Assembly (NCBI GenBank): GCA_050012475.1
Contig: JBEKHC010000002.1
Span: 1-64,000 of the forward strand
Direction of reading: 5' to 3'
Length of the DNA: 64,000 bases
Source: Candidatus Velthaea sp.
GTDB taxonomy: Bacteria > Vulcanimicrobiota > Vulcanimicrobiia > Vulcanimicrobiales > Vulcanimicrobiaceae
Shown here in pieces: positions 49,021-62,102 of the stretch. The position numbers were made by a program, and so were the translations under genes. Every line of letters begins with the position of its first letter. Within the stretch, counting starts at the first letter, position 1. Below the pieces are notes generated by a model that was not told the DNA's origin, ran no database searches, and saw only the letters and a list, made by a program, of their open reading frames with translations.

Positions 49021-51438
49021 ATGGCGTTCCAACATCCGGCGCTGTCGCCGCGGCAAGCTGAAATCGCGAACCTGGTCGCGGGCGGCAGGTCTAACCGTGA
49101 AATCGCGGTGGCCCTTCACTTGAGCGAACGGACCGTCGAATCGCACATCGCCACGCTGTTCAACAAACTCACCGTCCGCTCGCGCACCGAACTGGTCGCG
49201 GCTGTCTTGCGTTCCGCGGCCGCGCTCTCGCCGGACTGCATAAAGACGAACCTCCCGCTGCAGCTCAACCGCCTTGTCGGCCGCGAGGCCGAGGTCGCGC
49301 ACCTCACGGCCCTGCTCGCCGCCGAACGGCTGGTCACGATTACCGGTGCGGGCGGTGTCGGTAAGACGCGCGTGGCGTTGCAGGTCGGAGCGGCGCTCGT
49401 AAATGCGTATCCGAGTGGGGCATGGTTGGTCGAACTTGCGGCGCTCGGCGAACCGGCGCTGATCGGCACCGAGATCGCGCGCGCGGTGGGCGTCGACATC
49501 TCCGGCACGACCGATCCACTCGAGATGCTGGGTGCGCGATTCGCGCGGCAGACGCTGCTGCTCGTGCTGGACAACTGCGAGCACCTCATCACCGGTGCGG
49601 CGCGGGTCGCCGAAACACTGGCGCGACACTGTCCGAACCTGCGAATTCTTGCGACCAGCCGCGAGCCGCTCAAGATTGCCGGCGAGCACAGCTATCGATT
49701 GCCATCATTGCGCGTCCCGCCGCTCGAAACCGCGCGTGGGCAACCGGCGGCGGCGATCGGCGCGTACGAGGCCGTCGAGCTCTTCGTAGACCGCGCGCGC
49801 GCCGTCGAAGATCACTTCACCGTGACCGACGAGAATGCGCCGGCCGTCGCCCGGATTTGCCGCCGGCTCGACGGCATTCCGCTCGCCATCGAGCTCGCTG
49901 CCGCTCGCATCAACGTCCTCCCGGTGAACGCGTTGGCGGAGCGGCTCGACCAACGTCTTCGCATCTTGACCGGCGGCCTGCGCACGAGCGTGCCGCGCCA
50001 CCAAACGATGCGCGTGCTCATCGATTGGAGTTACAACCTGCTCGCACCGGCCGAGCAGCGCTTGTTCGAGCGGCTCGCAGTTTTTGCCGGCGGCTGCACG
50101 CTTGCCGCTGCCGTGGCTGTCTGCAGCGGCGCGGAAGTCGATGACGATGCGATGTTCACGCTGCTGGGTTCGTTGGTCGATAAATCGCTCGTCAGCGCCG
50201 ATTTGGAAGCCGCCGAACCACGCTACCGGCTCGCCGAGTCCGCGCGTGAATACGCGCGCGAGAAGCTCGCCGAGCGAGGCGAGCTCGGGGCCGCGGTCGC
50301 GCGTCAGCGGCTATACCTGCGCGATCTCTTCGCAGCAGCTCGAACGCGCGCGGAGCGTACCGGGTGGTCGTCGGAGATCGGTTCACTGTTGCGCAATGAG
50401 CTCGACGATGTGCGTGCTGCGCTCGACGAGGCAGCCGGCCGTGACCTGCCCGAGCTAGGCGCCGAGCTGCTGGATGCGATCGATGACGGATGGATTTCGA
50501 TCGGGCTAGAGGGCGAAGGCTGCGCGCGGCTGGAGCGTTTGGCCGTGCTTCTGCCGGACGGCGAACGGCGGCTGACGTCCGCCCTCTGGGCCGCATTCGC
50601 TCGCCTAGCGGCGTTTTTGAAGCCGGTTCGAGCGCTCGAAGCGGCAGCGACGGCGGTGGAAGCTGCGCGCGATGCCGACGATCGCGACCTTCTTGCGCGG
50701 GCCTTGACCACGTACGCGGTCAGTCTTAGCCGCGTCCGCCAGTTTCAGGATGCCGCGGCGGCTCTTGCGGAAGCCGACGCCCTGGCGCCGTCGCTTAACG
50801 TCGCTCTTCGCCTGCGAATCACGGGAAGCAAAGCTCTGTTGTCCTATTTCCTGGGCGATCTGGAGGGTGCCGCCCAAGGCTACGAATTTTTGCGCGACAC
50901 GCATTTCCGGCTCGGGAATGTTGCTGAGGCCGCGTCCATCGCACTTGACCTCGCGGAAAACAAGCATCAACGCGGTCAAACCGAGATCGCGATCGCGCTC
51001 GTCCAGGAGGTGCTTCCGGTGCTGCGCGCCGGCTCCGACCGGCGGACGCTCTTGCTTGCGTTAGCAAACCTCTGCGGCTATTTTGTCGCGCTCGATCGCC
51101 TTGCGGAAGCGCGCGCCGTTGGACGTGAGGTGTTCCAGGACGGTTCGGAGCACGATCGCGATCGAACGACGTTCGTCAACACGATCGAGCACTCGGCTCT
51201 CGTGCTCGCTCTTGACGGCGACGTGCGCCGCGGCGCGCAACTGGCGGGATACACCGACGCCGCCTACGCGCGAGCCGGCTTTCACCGTGAATACACGGAG
51301 TCGACGACGCGAGCCCGTCTCGCAGCACTCTTTCGCGAACGGCTCACGCCCGCCGAATGCGAAGCGCTGCTCGCCGCGGGAGCTGCGCTCTCGATCGAGG
51401 CGGCAATCGCTCTCGCGCTCGCGGATCGTGCCCCATGA
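49021..51438 (+). CDS. LuxR-HTH + STAND ATPase + TPR regulator
   Basis: LSPRQAEI...GRSNREIA...SERTVESH, GAGGVGKT, LDNCEH, LDGIPLAIELAAAR. Confidence 0.9.
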   Translation: MAFQHPALSPRQAEIANLVAGGRSNREIAVALHLSERTVESHIATLFNKLTVRSRTELVAAVLRSAAALSPDCIKTNLPLQLNRLVGREAEVAHLTALLAAERLVTITGAGGVGKTRVALQVGAALVNAYPSGAWLVELAALGEPALIGTEIARAVGVDISGTTDPLEMLGARFARQTLLLVLDNCEHLITGAARVAETLARHCPNLRILATSREPLKIAGEHSYRLPSLRVPPLETARGQPAAAIGAYEAVELFVDRARAVEDHFTVTDENAPAVARICRRLDGIPLAIELAAARINVLPVNALAERLDQRLRILTGGLRTSVPRHQTMRVLIDWSYNLLAPAEQRLFERLAVFAGGCTLAAAVAVCSGAEVDDDAMFTLLGSLVDKSLVSADLEAAEPRYRLAESAREYAREKLAERGELGAAVARQRLYLRDLFAAARTRAERTGWSSEIGSLLRNELDDVRAALDEAAGRDLPELGAELLDAIDDGWISIGLEGEGCARLERLAVLLPDGERRLTSALWAAFARLAAFLKPVRALEAAATAVEAARDADDRDLLARALTTYAVSLSRVRQFQDAAAALAEADALAPSLNVALRLRITGSKALLSYFLGDLEGAAQGYEFLRDTHFRLGNVAEAASIALDLAENKHQRGQTEIAIALVQEVLPVLRAGSDRRTLLLALANLCGYFVALDRLAEARAVGREVFQDGSEHDRDRTTFVNTIEHSALVLALDGDVRRGAQLAGYTDAAYARAGFHREYTESTTRARLAALFRERLTPAECEALLAAGAALSIEAAIALALADRAP

Positions 51439-51498
51439 TCGCCATTTCGGTTCAGGGCCGGCTTGCGCCGTGTCACCCGCGCGTTCCAATGTGTCGCT

Positions 51499-51864
51499 CT
51501 ACACTCTGCCCGGTGGGCGCGTCATTGCGTAGGCGTCCCAGCCGAAATCGCGTTGCGGTAACGGGTCGAAGCCTTCCCGCTCGAAACGGACATCGAGATT
51601 GACGCGATACGGGACCGCTCCGGCCGCGGCCAGATCCGCGCCGAAGCCGGGGAAGAGGTCTTCGAGCGCCTGCAAACCGCCAACGAGGATTGCGTGCGTA
51701 TGTTGGTCTTGCGGCGTCCCCGACCGGTGCGCCGCAATGGACGGCAGCACGTCGCGGTGGAGCAGCGTCACGCGCTCGAAGCGAGCGCTGACCGCGCGCG
51801 CGCTCGCAAGGCCGGCGAGTCCGGCGCCGACCACGATCGCGTGTTTGCCGAGCGGCGCGCTCAC
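51499..51864 (-). pseudogene. Truncated FAD-dependent monooxygenase/oxidoreductase (N-terminal fragment)
   Basis: IVVGAGLAGL, RDVLP, GTPQ..HTH; stops after 121 aa. Confidence 0.7.
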
Positions 51865-52239
51865 AGCGTTGCGCTACGTGAGCGGCGCATCGGCGAAGCG
51901 CTGCGTCACCACGTCCTTGCACGGCGCCACGATTATGCCCGTCGAGTCGGTTTGGGAGCTTACGCCGGCGGACCTGGCGGTACCGATTACTTCATCAAAC
52001 GTCGCCATGTCGTCCCTCTTCAGGTGCTTCTTGAGCGGATCGGAAATCGAACGCACCCGAAATGAAACGCGCTTTGGAGGTCGGATACAGCCCGTGCGCG
52101 CGGGATACGCTTGAGGATACCGGTCGCACCCAGACCGATCATCCGGGAAAACCCTGAATAAGCGTCAGCCGACATCGCCGGGCGACGCCCGTATTTTTAG
52201 CCGCCGCGATCGTCCGTCACGAACTCCGCGTTGGAGACG

Positions 52240-52656
52240 CTAATTTGGTTGCTGCGGCGTTGTGCGGCGCGCGAGCAGCGCGTCGAGCGAGAAGCGATCG
52301 GCGCTCAGCGTGGCAAGCAGGGCGGCGTACACGAGTTCGTACACGAGTTGCTCGGCCAGCGCACTGTGCTCGCCGCGTAATGCGGTGCCGAATGTCAGCG
52401 ATGCCATGAGCAGTGCTCCGCCGACGAGCGCGGGCCGCCCGAACAGGCCAACGATGAGCAGCAAGCCGACCAGCGCTTCGGCGAACGGCAGCCCATAGGC
52501 ATACGGGGTCACCAGCGCGGACGGCAAGATGCCGGCGAACTGCTTGATGACCCCGCCGGCAAACCCGTTCAGGTGCGGGAAGCGCTGAACGCCGTGCAGG
52601 CAAATGTTCAGGCCGAGCGTCACCCGCAAGATCGCATGCGCCAGGGCAGCGTTCAC
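52240..52656 (-). CDS. DoxX family membrane protein
   Basis: LRVTLGLN..LHG, EALVGLLLIVGLF, FSLD. Confidence 0.85.
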   Translation of the reverse strand: MNAALAHAILRVTLGLNICLHGVQRFPHLNGFAGGVIKQFAGILPSALVTPYAYGLPFAEALVGLLLIVGLFGRPALVGGALLMASLTFGTALRGEHSALAEQLVYELVYAALLATLSADRFSLDALLARRTTPQQPN

Positions 52657-52691
52657 GCCGTCGTCCGCGTCGCCGAATCGTTTGCGGGCCG

Positions 52692-55600
52692 CTATGGATG
52701 TGCCGCCTCCGCCGGCCGCAGCACGCCGTCAGGTGAAGGCGCGGGCGTTTCGCTGGGCGGGATGCCGTGCGCGCCCACGAAGTGCTCGGGCGCGAGCCAC
52801 ATATACATGATCGGCACGAGCACCAGCGTGAGGATGAGCGAACTGGTGATGCCGCCGATCACGACGACGCCGAGGCTCGAGCGCACGCTGGAGCCCGGTT
52901 CGAGCGCGAGCGCAAGCGGGAAGTTGCCCGCGATGACCGAGACGCTGGTCATGATGATGGGGCGGAAACGGGTGAAGGCGCTCTCCTGAATGGCTTGCAG
53001 TTTGCTTTCACCGCGTTCGCGCAGCGTGTTGGCATAGTCGACGAGCAGGATGCCGTTTTTCGTCACCAGTCCGACGAGCAAGATCGTACCGATGAGCGAG
53101 AACAGGTTGAGCGTCTCACGCGTCAAGGCGAGCGCTCCAAGCGCACCGACCGCCGCGACGGGCACCGAGAACAGGATGATGAACGGCGAACGGTAGCTGT
53201 TGTAGAGCGCAACCATCAGCAAGAACACCAGCACGACCGATAGGATCAGCGACGTGCCCAAACCCAAGAGCGTCTGCCCCATGAGGTCTTGTTGACCCAG
53301 CGGCGCCGGGCGCACGACGATGGTCTGCGGCCACTTCTGCTGCTTCGCAACGGCTTGGATCTTGTTCAAAAACGCGTTTTGCACGTTCGAGAGCGACGAT
53401 CCGGCGGCGACGTTCGCGCTGATATGCACGACCGAGTTGCGGTCGACGCGGATGATGATCGGCGGCGCCGGCTCCCATTTGAACGTCGCGAAATCGCCAA
53501 GGTGCACGATTTGATTGGTGGTGGAGCGGATCGGGATCGCGTTGAATTCGGCGAGGCTGGTTTGATCCTCGATCGGATAGATCACTTGCACTTGTTCGAG
53601 GCCGTCGGTCGTCTCGAACTGGGTCGCGATCGATCCGCCGAACGCCGCGCGCGCGGCGTTCGCAGCCGTGCCGATACTGACGTTGAGCGCTTGGGCCCGC
53701 GCGCGGTCGAAGAGCAGCTCGACCTGCGGCTGCTGCGCCGAGTCCGAGCTCAGGACGCTGCGTGCGCCCGGCGTTTGCTGCATGACCGTATAGGCGGTCT
53801 GCGCGTATTTTGTGGGATCGCCGCCACCGATATCGCTCACCAGTTCGTCGATCGGTTGGGCGTTGCCGCCTTGCGTGCCCGTGGCGGGAACGACGACCGG
53901 AGCGCCGGCCGGAACGGTGCGCTGGGCGATTTTGCGGAACTGCGCAACCCAGTAATCGGTGGAGTCGTGCCGATCGGCGCGCAGCCAAACATGGACTTGG
54001 CCGACATTGCCCTGGCTCACGAACCCGCCGAACGGTGCCGCGTACGCACCGCAGACGGCGATGTCGGCATCGATGTCGGCATTGTTCTTGCGCAGCGCCG
54101 TTTCGAGCCCGTTCATCTTGCTGCAGACCGTGCTCAATGGCGTGCCGATCGGATATTGCACCTGGATGAAGATCTCGCCGCGATCTTGCGGCGGGATGAA
54201 CTCCTCGCCGACGATGCCGGTGGGGATAAGCAAGACGGAGCCGACGAACGTCACCAGACAGATCAAAACGAACGGAATACGGTGCCGCAATCCCCAGGGC
54301 AAGACTTTGTGCGCGTAATGGCTGCGCAGATTGCTGAACCCGCGCTCGAACGCGCGGATGATGCCCCACGGCTGCCAGTTGCTGCGCAGTGCCCAGTTCG
54401 CCGCCAGCGACGGCGTGATCGTGAAGCAGACGAACAGGGAGGTCAGCGTCGAGATGACGACCACGACGCCGAACTCGGCAAGATTGCGGCCGACTTGGCT
54501 TTGAATGAACGCGATGGGCAAAAACACGACGACGTCGACGAGCGTGATGACGATCGCCGCGACGCCGATCTCCGTCCGGCCGGTGATCGCCGCCGCGACC
54601 GGATCCTGGCCCATCTCGAAGTGGCGTTCGATGTTTTCGAGCACCACGGTCGAGTCGTCGACGAGGATACCGATGACGAGCGTCATGCCGAGCAACGAGA
54701 TCGTGTCGAGCGTCAACCCGAGCATCTTCATCGCGAACAGCGCGACGCCCAGCGATGCCGGAATCGCGATGAGCACCACGATGGCGTTGCGCCACGACCC
54801 CAGGAAAAACAACATCACAATGCCGGTCAGCACGATGCCTTCGGAAAGGGTCCGCATCACGCCGTCGAGCTGCATCGCCGTGTATTTCGATTGGACGTTG
54901 ATGACGCCGAAATTGATGTCGGGGAACTGCGCACGGATCTTCGGCAGTTGGGCGAGCACGTTGTTCGATGCGTCGACTTCTGATGCGTCGGAGGCCTTCT
55001 GAATTTGCAGGAACACGCCGTTGAGCCCGTTCACGCCGGCGGCCGTGCGGCGCGGCTCGTAGCTGTCGGCGACGCTCGCAACGTCGGCGATGCGCAGGAC
55101 GGAGGCCGCCGAGGTCCACGGATCGATCGTGCCCGCGTTGCCGCCGACGGCGCCTGCCGTCTGCGCGGTCACCGTGGACGTCAACGGGGAAATCGCCAGA
55201 CCCAGAATCGATTCGGGCGAGATGATGTCGCCCCGGATGTCGACGTTGACTTCGCGATTGGGTTGATAGACGATGCCGCCCGGCGCGCGGACGTTACTCG
55301 CGCCGACGGTGTTGATGACGTCGGTGAGCGTCAGTTTATTGGCGACGAGCCGCTGCGGATCGACGGTGACTTCGTAGGCCGGCGTGACGTTGCCGCCCTC
55401 GGTCACGTTCGAAACACCCGGGACCTGCTCGAAGGCCGGAACGATACGGCCTTGCGCGATGAGCGAAAGTTTGCTGGCGGTCATCTTGGACGACGTCAGC
55501 GAAAGCGTCACGACGACGGCTTCGCTGGGATCGTTCACTTGAACGACGGGCGCCGTCAAATCGGTCGGCAGATTGTGGCTTGCCGCCTGGACCGCTTTTT

Positions 55601-55925
55601 GCACGTTGACGAGGTCGGTATTTTCGTCGGAATTGAGCGTGAAGATGGCCGCGATCGTGGCCTGCCCGTTTTGAATGGTCGAGTTCATCGTTTGCAGATC
55701 GGGGCTTCCGGCGATCTGGTCTTCGATCGGCGCAACGATGCTGTCGCGCATCACGGTCGTGGTCGCGCCGTTGTAGGTCAGCTGCACGCGGATCGTCGGC
55801 TGCGATACGTTCGGGTACTGCTGACGAACCAGCGTCGCCCACGCGATCGATCCGGCGAGCAGGATGAGGGCGAGCAGCACGAAGACCAGCGTCGGGCGCC
55901 GGACAAAAAGCGTCGTCAGCCACAT
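52692..55925 (-). CDS. RND efflux permease (AcrB family)
   Basis: GILVDDS, KNGILLVD, RFRPIIMT; 12-TM RND layout. Confidence 0.95.
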   Translation of the reverse strand: MWLTTLFVRRPTLVFVLLALILLAGSIAWATLVRQQYPNVSQPTIRVQLTYNGATTTVMRDSIVAPIEDQIAGSPDLQTMNSTIQNGQATIAAIFTLNSDENTDLVNVQKAVQAASHNLPTDLTAPVVQVNDPSEAVVVTLSLTSSKMTASKLSLIAQGRIVPAFEQVPGVSNVTEGGNVTPAYEVTVDPQRLVANKLTLTDVINTVGASNVRAPGGIVYQPNREVNVDIRGDIISPESILGLAISPLTSTVTAQTAGAVGGNAGTIDPWTSAASVLRIADVASVADSYEPRRTAAGVNGLNGVFLQIQKASDASEVDASNNVLAQLPKIRAQFPDINFGVINVQSKYTAMQLDGVMRTLSEGIVLTGIVMLFFLGSWRNAIVVLIAIPASLGVALFAMKMLGLTLDTISLLGMTLVIGILVDDSTVVLENIERHFEMGQDPVAAAITGRTEIGVAAIVITLVDVVVFLPIAFIQSQVGRNLAEFGVVVVISTLTSLFVCFTITPSLAANWALRSNWQPWGIIRAFERGFSNLRSHYAHKVLPWGLRHRIPFVLICLVTFVGSVLLIPTGIVGEEFIPPQDRGEIFIQVQYPIGTPLSTVCSKMNGLETALRKNNADIDADIAVCGAYAAPFGGFVSQGNVGQVHVWLRADRHDSTDYWVAQFRKIAQRTVPAGAPVVVPATGTQGGNAQPIDELVSDIGGGDPTKYAQTAYTVMQQTPGARSVLSSDSAQQPQVELLFDRARAQALNVSIGTAANAARAAFGGSIATQFETTDGLEQVQVIYPIEDQTSLAEFNAIPIRSTTNQIVHLGDFATFKWEPAPPIIIRVDRNSVVHISANVAAGSSLSNVQNAFLNKIQAVAKQQKWPQTIVVRPAPLGQQDLMGQTLLGLGTSLILSVVLVFLLMVALYNSYRSPFIILFSVPVAAVGALGALALTRETLNLFSLIGTILLVGLVTKNGILLVDYANTLRERGESKLQAIQESAFTRFRPIIMTSVSVIAGNFPLALALEPGSSVRSSLGVVVIGGITSSLILTLVLVPIMYMWLAPEHFVGAHGIPPSETPAPSPDGVLRPAEAAHP

Positions 55926-55937
55926 ACCAGACCGGCC

Positions 55938-59501
<3,564 letters not shown>

Positions 59502-59671
59502 CGCGGCGCTTCAGTCGGGTGCGCGACAATCTTTACGGACGGTTGCGCTGCGGCGGGCACGTTTCTGAACATCCTGACGGCAGGGCGGCGTATCGGGCAG
59601 GACTAATTGGGCGAGACCCCTTTTTGGGGTGAAGACAGAGAAAAAAGCTTACCTACTGTGGAGTGTTTCGC

Positions 59672-60919
59672 ATGCCGACTGAACCGTCGGGCCACTCGCA
59701 GTCGACTTCAGCGGCCGATTCGGCCGCTGAGAGCGATGTAGCACGTCCCTTCAAGGGATTCGCTACGCGAGCGATCCGTATAGGCCAAGATCCGTGTAAA
59801 TCGACCGGATCGACCATCGTCCCCATCTACCAAACCGCGACGTTCACCCAAGAATCCGTGGGCGTCACCAAGGGCTTCGACTACTCGCGCTCGGCCAATC
59901 CAACCCGCCGAGCCTTGGAATCCGCCCTCGCCGATCTCGAAGGCGCCCGCTTCGGAAGCGCGTTCGGATCCGGAATGGCAGCCGTGAACGCTGCAACCGC
60001 ATCGTTCTTGCGCACCGGCGACCACATTCTAGCGACGCGCGACATCTACGGCGGTACCTGGCGCCTCCTGAGCGACGTCCTGCCGCGCTTCGGCATCGAA
60101 ACCAGTTATGTCGACATGGCCGATCTCGACGCCGTTCGGGCAGCGATCAGGCCCAACACCAAGCTGTTCTGGGTTGAGACACCGACGAATCCGCTGCTGA
60201 CGCTCATCGACATCCAGTCGATCTGCACGCTGCGCCGGCCCGGGCAGATCGTCGTCGTCGACAACACGTTCTGCTCGCCGTATTTTCAGCGGCCGCTCGA
60301 ACTCGGCGCTGACGTCGTCATGCACTCGACCACCAAGTACATCAACGGGCACTCCGACGTGGTGGGCGGCGTGGTCATCACCGACAACGCCGATCTCGCC
60401 GCGCAAGTCGCGTTCCATCAGAACGCCGTCGGCGCCGTCCCCGGTCCACAGGACGCCTATCTGACGCTGCGCGGCGCCAAGACGCTCGCGCTGCGCATGC
60501 GCGAACACGAGCGTAACGCCCACGCGGTGGCCGATTGGCTCAGGACGCGCGAGGACATCGCGGAGGTCTACTATCCGGGTCTGGCCGATCACCCGCAGCA
60601 CGAGCTGGCGAAGCGCCAAATGCACGGCTTCGGCGGGGTCGTGTCGTTCCGTGTGCGCGGGGAGGCGACGCGCGCCCACGATCTCGCCAAACGCACGCGC
60701 ATCTTCAACCTCGCGACGTCGCTGGGCGGGGTCGAATCGCTGATCTGCAGCCCGGCCGTCATGACCCACGGGTCGCTCCCGCTCGAGAAGAAAGCCGAAC
60801 TCGGCGTGACGCCGGATCTGCTTCGGCTTTCGGTCGGGATCGAAGACATCGATGACATCATCGCCGACCTTCAGGCCGCCCTGGACGCGACGATCGAACA
60901 GGCGCTCGTCCCGGCCTAA
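59672..60919 (+). CDS. Cystathionine gamma-synthase / gamma-lyase (PLP)
   Basis: YSRSANPT, SGMAA, ETPTNP, DNTF, HSTTKYINGHSD, SLGGVESL. Confidence 0.92.
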   Translation: MPTEPSGHSQSTSAADSAAESDVARPFKGFATRAIRIGQDPCKSTGSTIVPIYQTATFTQESVGVTKGFDYSRSANPTRRALESALADLEGARFGSAFGSGMAAVNAATASFLRTGDHILATRDIYGGTWRLLSDVLPRFGIETSYVDMADLDAVRAAIRPNTKLFWVETPTNPLLTLIDIQSICTLRRPGQIVVVDNTFCSPYFQRPLELGADVVMHSTTKYINGHSDVVGGVVITDNADLAAQVAFHQNAVGAVPGPQDAYLTLRGAKTLALRMREHERNAHAVADWLRTREDIAEVYYPGLADHPQHELAKRQMHGFGGVVSFRVRGEATRAHDLAKRTRIFNLATSLGGVESLICSPAVMTHGSLPLEKKAELGVTPDLLRLSVGIEDIDDIIADLQAALDATIEQALVPA

Positions 60920-60937
60920 CCAACCGCCGGCTTGACA

Positions 60938-60969
60938 AAGGCTCCCGTCGCGGACGCAACGGGAGCCTT
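60938..60969. terminator. Hairpin between convergent genes (probable terminator)
   Basis: AAGGCTCCCGT...ACGGGAGCCTT. Confidence 0.7.
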
Positions 60970-60988
60970 CTTGCGGCCCGAACGCGGT

Positions 60989-61312
60989 CTAGGGCGCGAA
61001 CATTGCCTGGAGCGTGGTCAGAATGTCGCCCATGGTCCGGGCATCCACTTTTCCGATGCGTTTCCCGAGCCGAACGGTATCGACCGTTCGCAGTTGATCG
61101 AGAACGACCGACGACGGCCTTCCGGCGACGGTTGTCGTCACTCGAAAGCGGAGCTGGCGTACCGTGCTCGTGAGCGGGGCTACGATGACTCGGCTGAGCC
61201 GGCTATTCAATTCGTCGGGCGATACGACGATGCACGGACGCGTTTTTTGAATTTCCGATCCAACAGCCGGATCGAGTGCGACCCAGTAGATCTCACTCCG
61301 TTTCGCTACCAA
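60989..61312 (-). CDS. mazF: MazF/PemK toxin
   Basis: LDPAVGSEIQKTRPCIVVS, APLTS, DQLRTVD..RL. Confidence 0.92.
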   Translation of the reverse strand: MVAKRSEIYWVALDPAVGSEIQKTRPCIVVSPDELNSRLSRVIVAPLTSTVRQLRFRVTTTVAGRPSSVVLDQLRTVDTVRLGKRIGKVDARTMGDILTTLQAMFAP

Positions 61313-61563
61313 ATAAGTTCGCCGCGCGACGAGGCGTCGAGATCGGCCTCGAGCCAGTCGCGTTCCTCCGCGCCATCGACCACCGAAGCGGCGTCGTCGG
61401 CCCAGCCTTCGCGCGGATGGACAGCGATCTTGCGAAGGATGATCGACGACCCGTCGACGGTCATCTCAACCGGAGAGTCGATCGCGAAGCCTGCTTCGTC
61501 CAGGATATTTCGCGGAATGGAGACGCCCTGCGAATTTCCTAGCCGCCGTATCGTCGTCCTCAT
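61306..61563 (-). CDS. mazE: MazE/AbrB antitoxin
   Basis: IRRLGNSQGVSIP, PREGW; overlaps the toxin start. Confidence 0.9.
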   Translation of the reverse strand: MRTTIRRLGNSQGVSIPRNILDEAGFAIDSPVEMTVDGSSIILRKIAVHPREGWADDAASVVDGAEERDWLEADLDASSRGELIW

Positions 61564-61580
61564 GTAGTACATTGTAACAC
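61564..61580 (-). promoter_or_regulatory. Extended -10 promoter / operator of mazEF (leaderless)
   Basis: TG-T-TACAAT-N7-ATG, within the imperfect palindrome GTAGTACATTGTAACAC. Confidence 0.6.
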
Positions 61581-61626
61581 GCATCTGGTCACCCTGCCAA
61601 TCCGCCATGCGGGAGGCCACCGTGCC

Positions 61627-62094
61627 TCAATGCAGCCGGCGAATGATGACTTTCGCGAACGGTTCGACTTCGTCGTATGAGGCCATGTGGCTTTGCGGTA
61701 CGACGCGGACCGCGACGTCGCGGTGGTGCTTGACGACGTACACCGTGCCGTTGTAAAGCGTCACCTCCGCGCCCAAGCCGCCGACGTGTCGGGCGAGACC
61801 GGCGGCGTTCGGATCGTTGTACACGCTGATGCCGGGATAGTCGCTGCCGGGATCGGGGGTGATGACGATGACTTGGCCCTGCGAACTGGAGATGAAGCAC
61901 ATCGCGCCGGTGCCGCCGTGCAGGTCGTAGGGGCGCCGTTCGCGCCCGTCGACGGTCCAGCCCAAGAGGTGCAGCACGTCGTCGTTCGTGACGAAGGCGC
62001 ACGGATTGAGCGGTTTCTCGATCGAAGCGCGCGCTGCCGCCGGATTTCCGGCAAAGGCCAGCGTCACGGCGAGTACCACCCACCCGGTCAGCAT
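61627..62094 (-). CDS. Secreted hypothetical protein (DUF3558-like Cys pattern)
   Basis: Signal peptide, NPCAFVT...C; 3' part of tracked ORF 61627..62844. Confidence 0.65.
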   Translation of the reverse strand: MLTGWVVLAVTLAFAGNPAAARASIEKPLNPCAFVTNDDVLHLLGWTVDGRERRPYDLHGGTGAMCFISSSQGQVIVITPDPGSDYPGISVYNDPNAAGLARHVGGLGAEVTLYNGTVYVVKHHRDVAVRVVPQSHMASYDEVEPFAKVIIRRLH

Positions 62095-62102
62095 CTTTGC
62101 CA

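Noticed and set aside
59502..59671. SAM riboswitch or T-box upstream of the cystathionine synthase/lyase gene
   Set aside because: No S-box or T-box consensus motifs visible.
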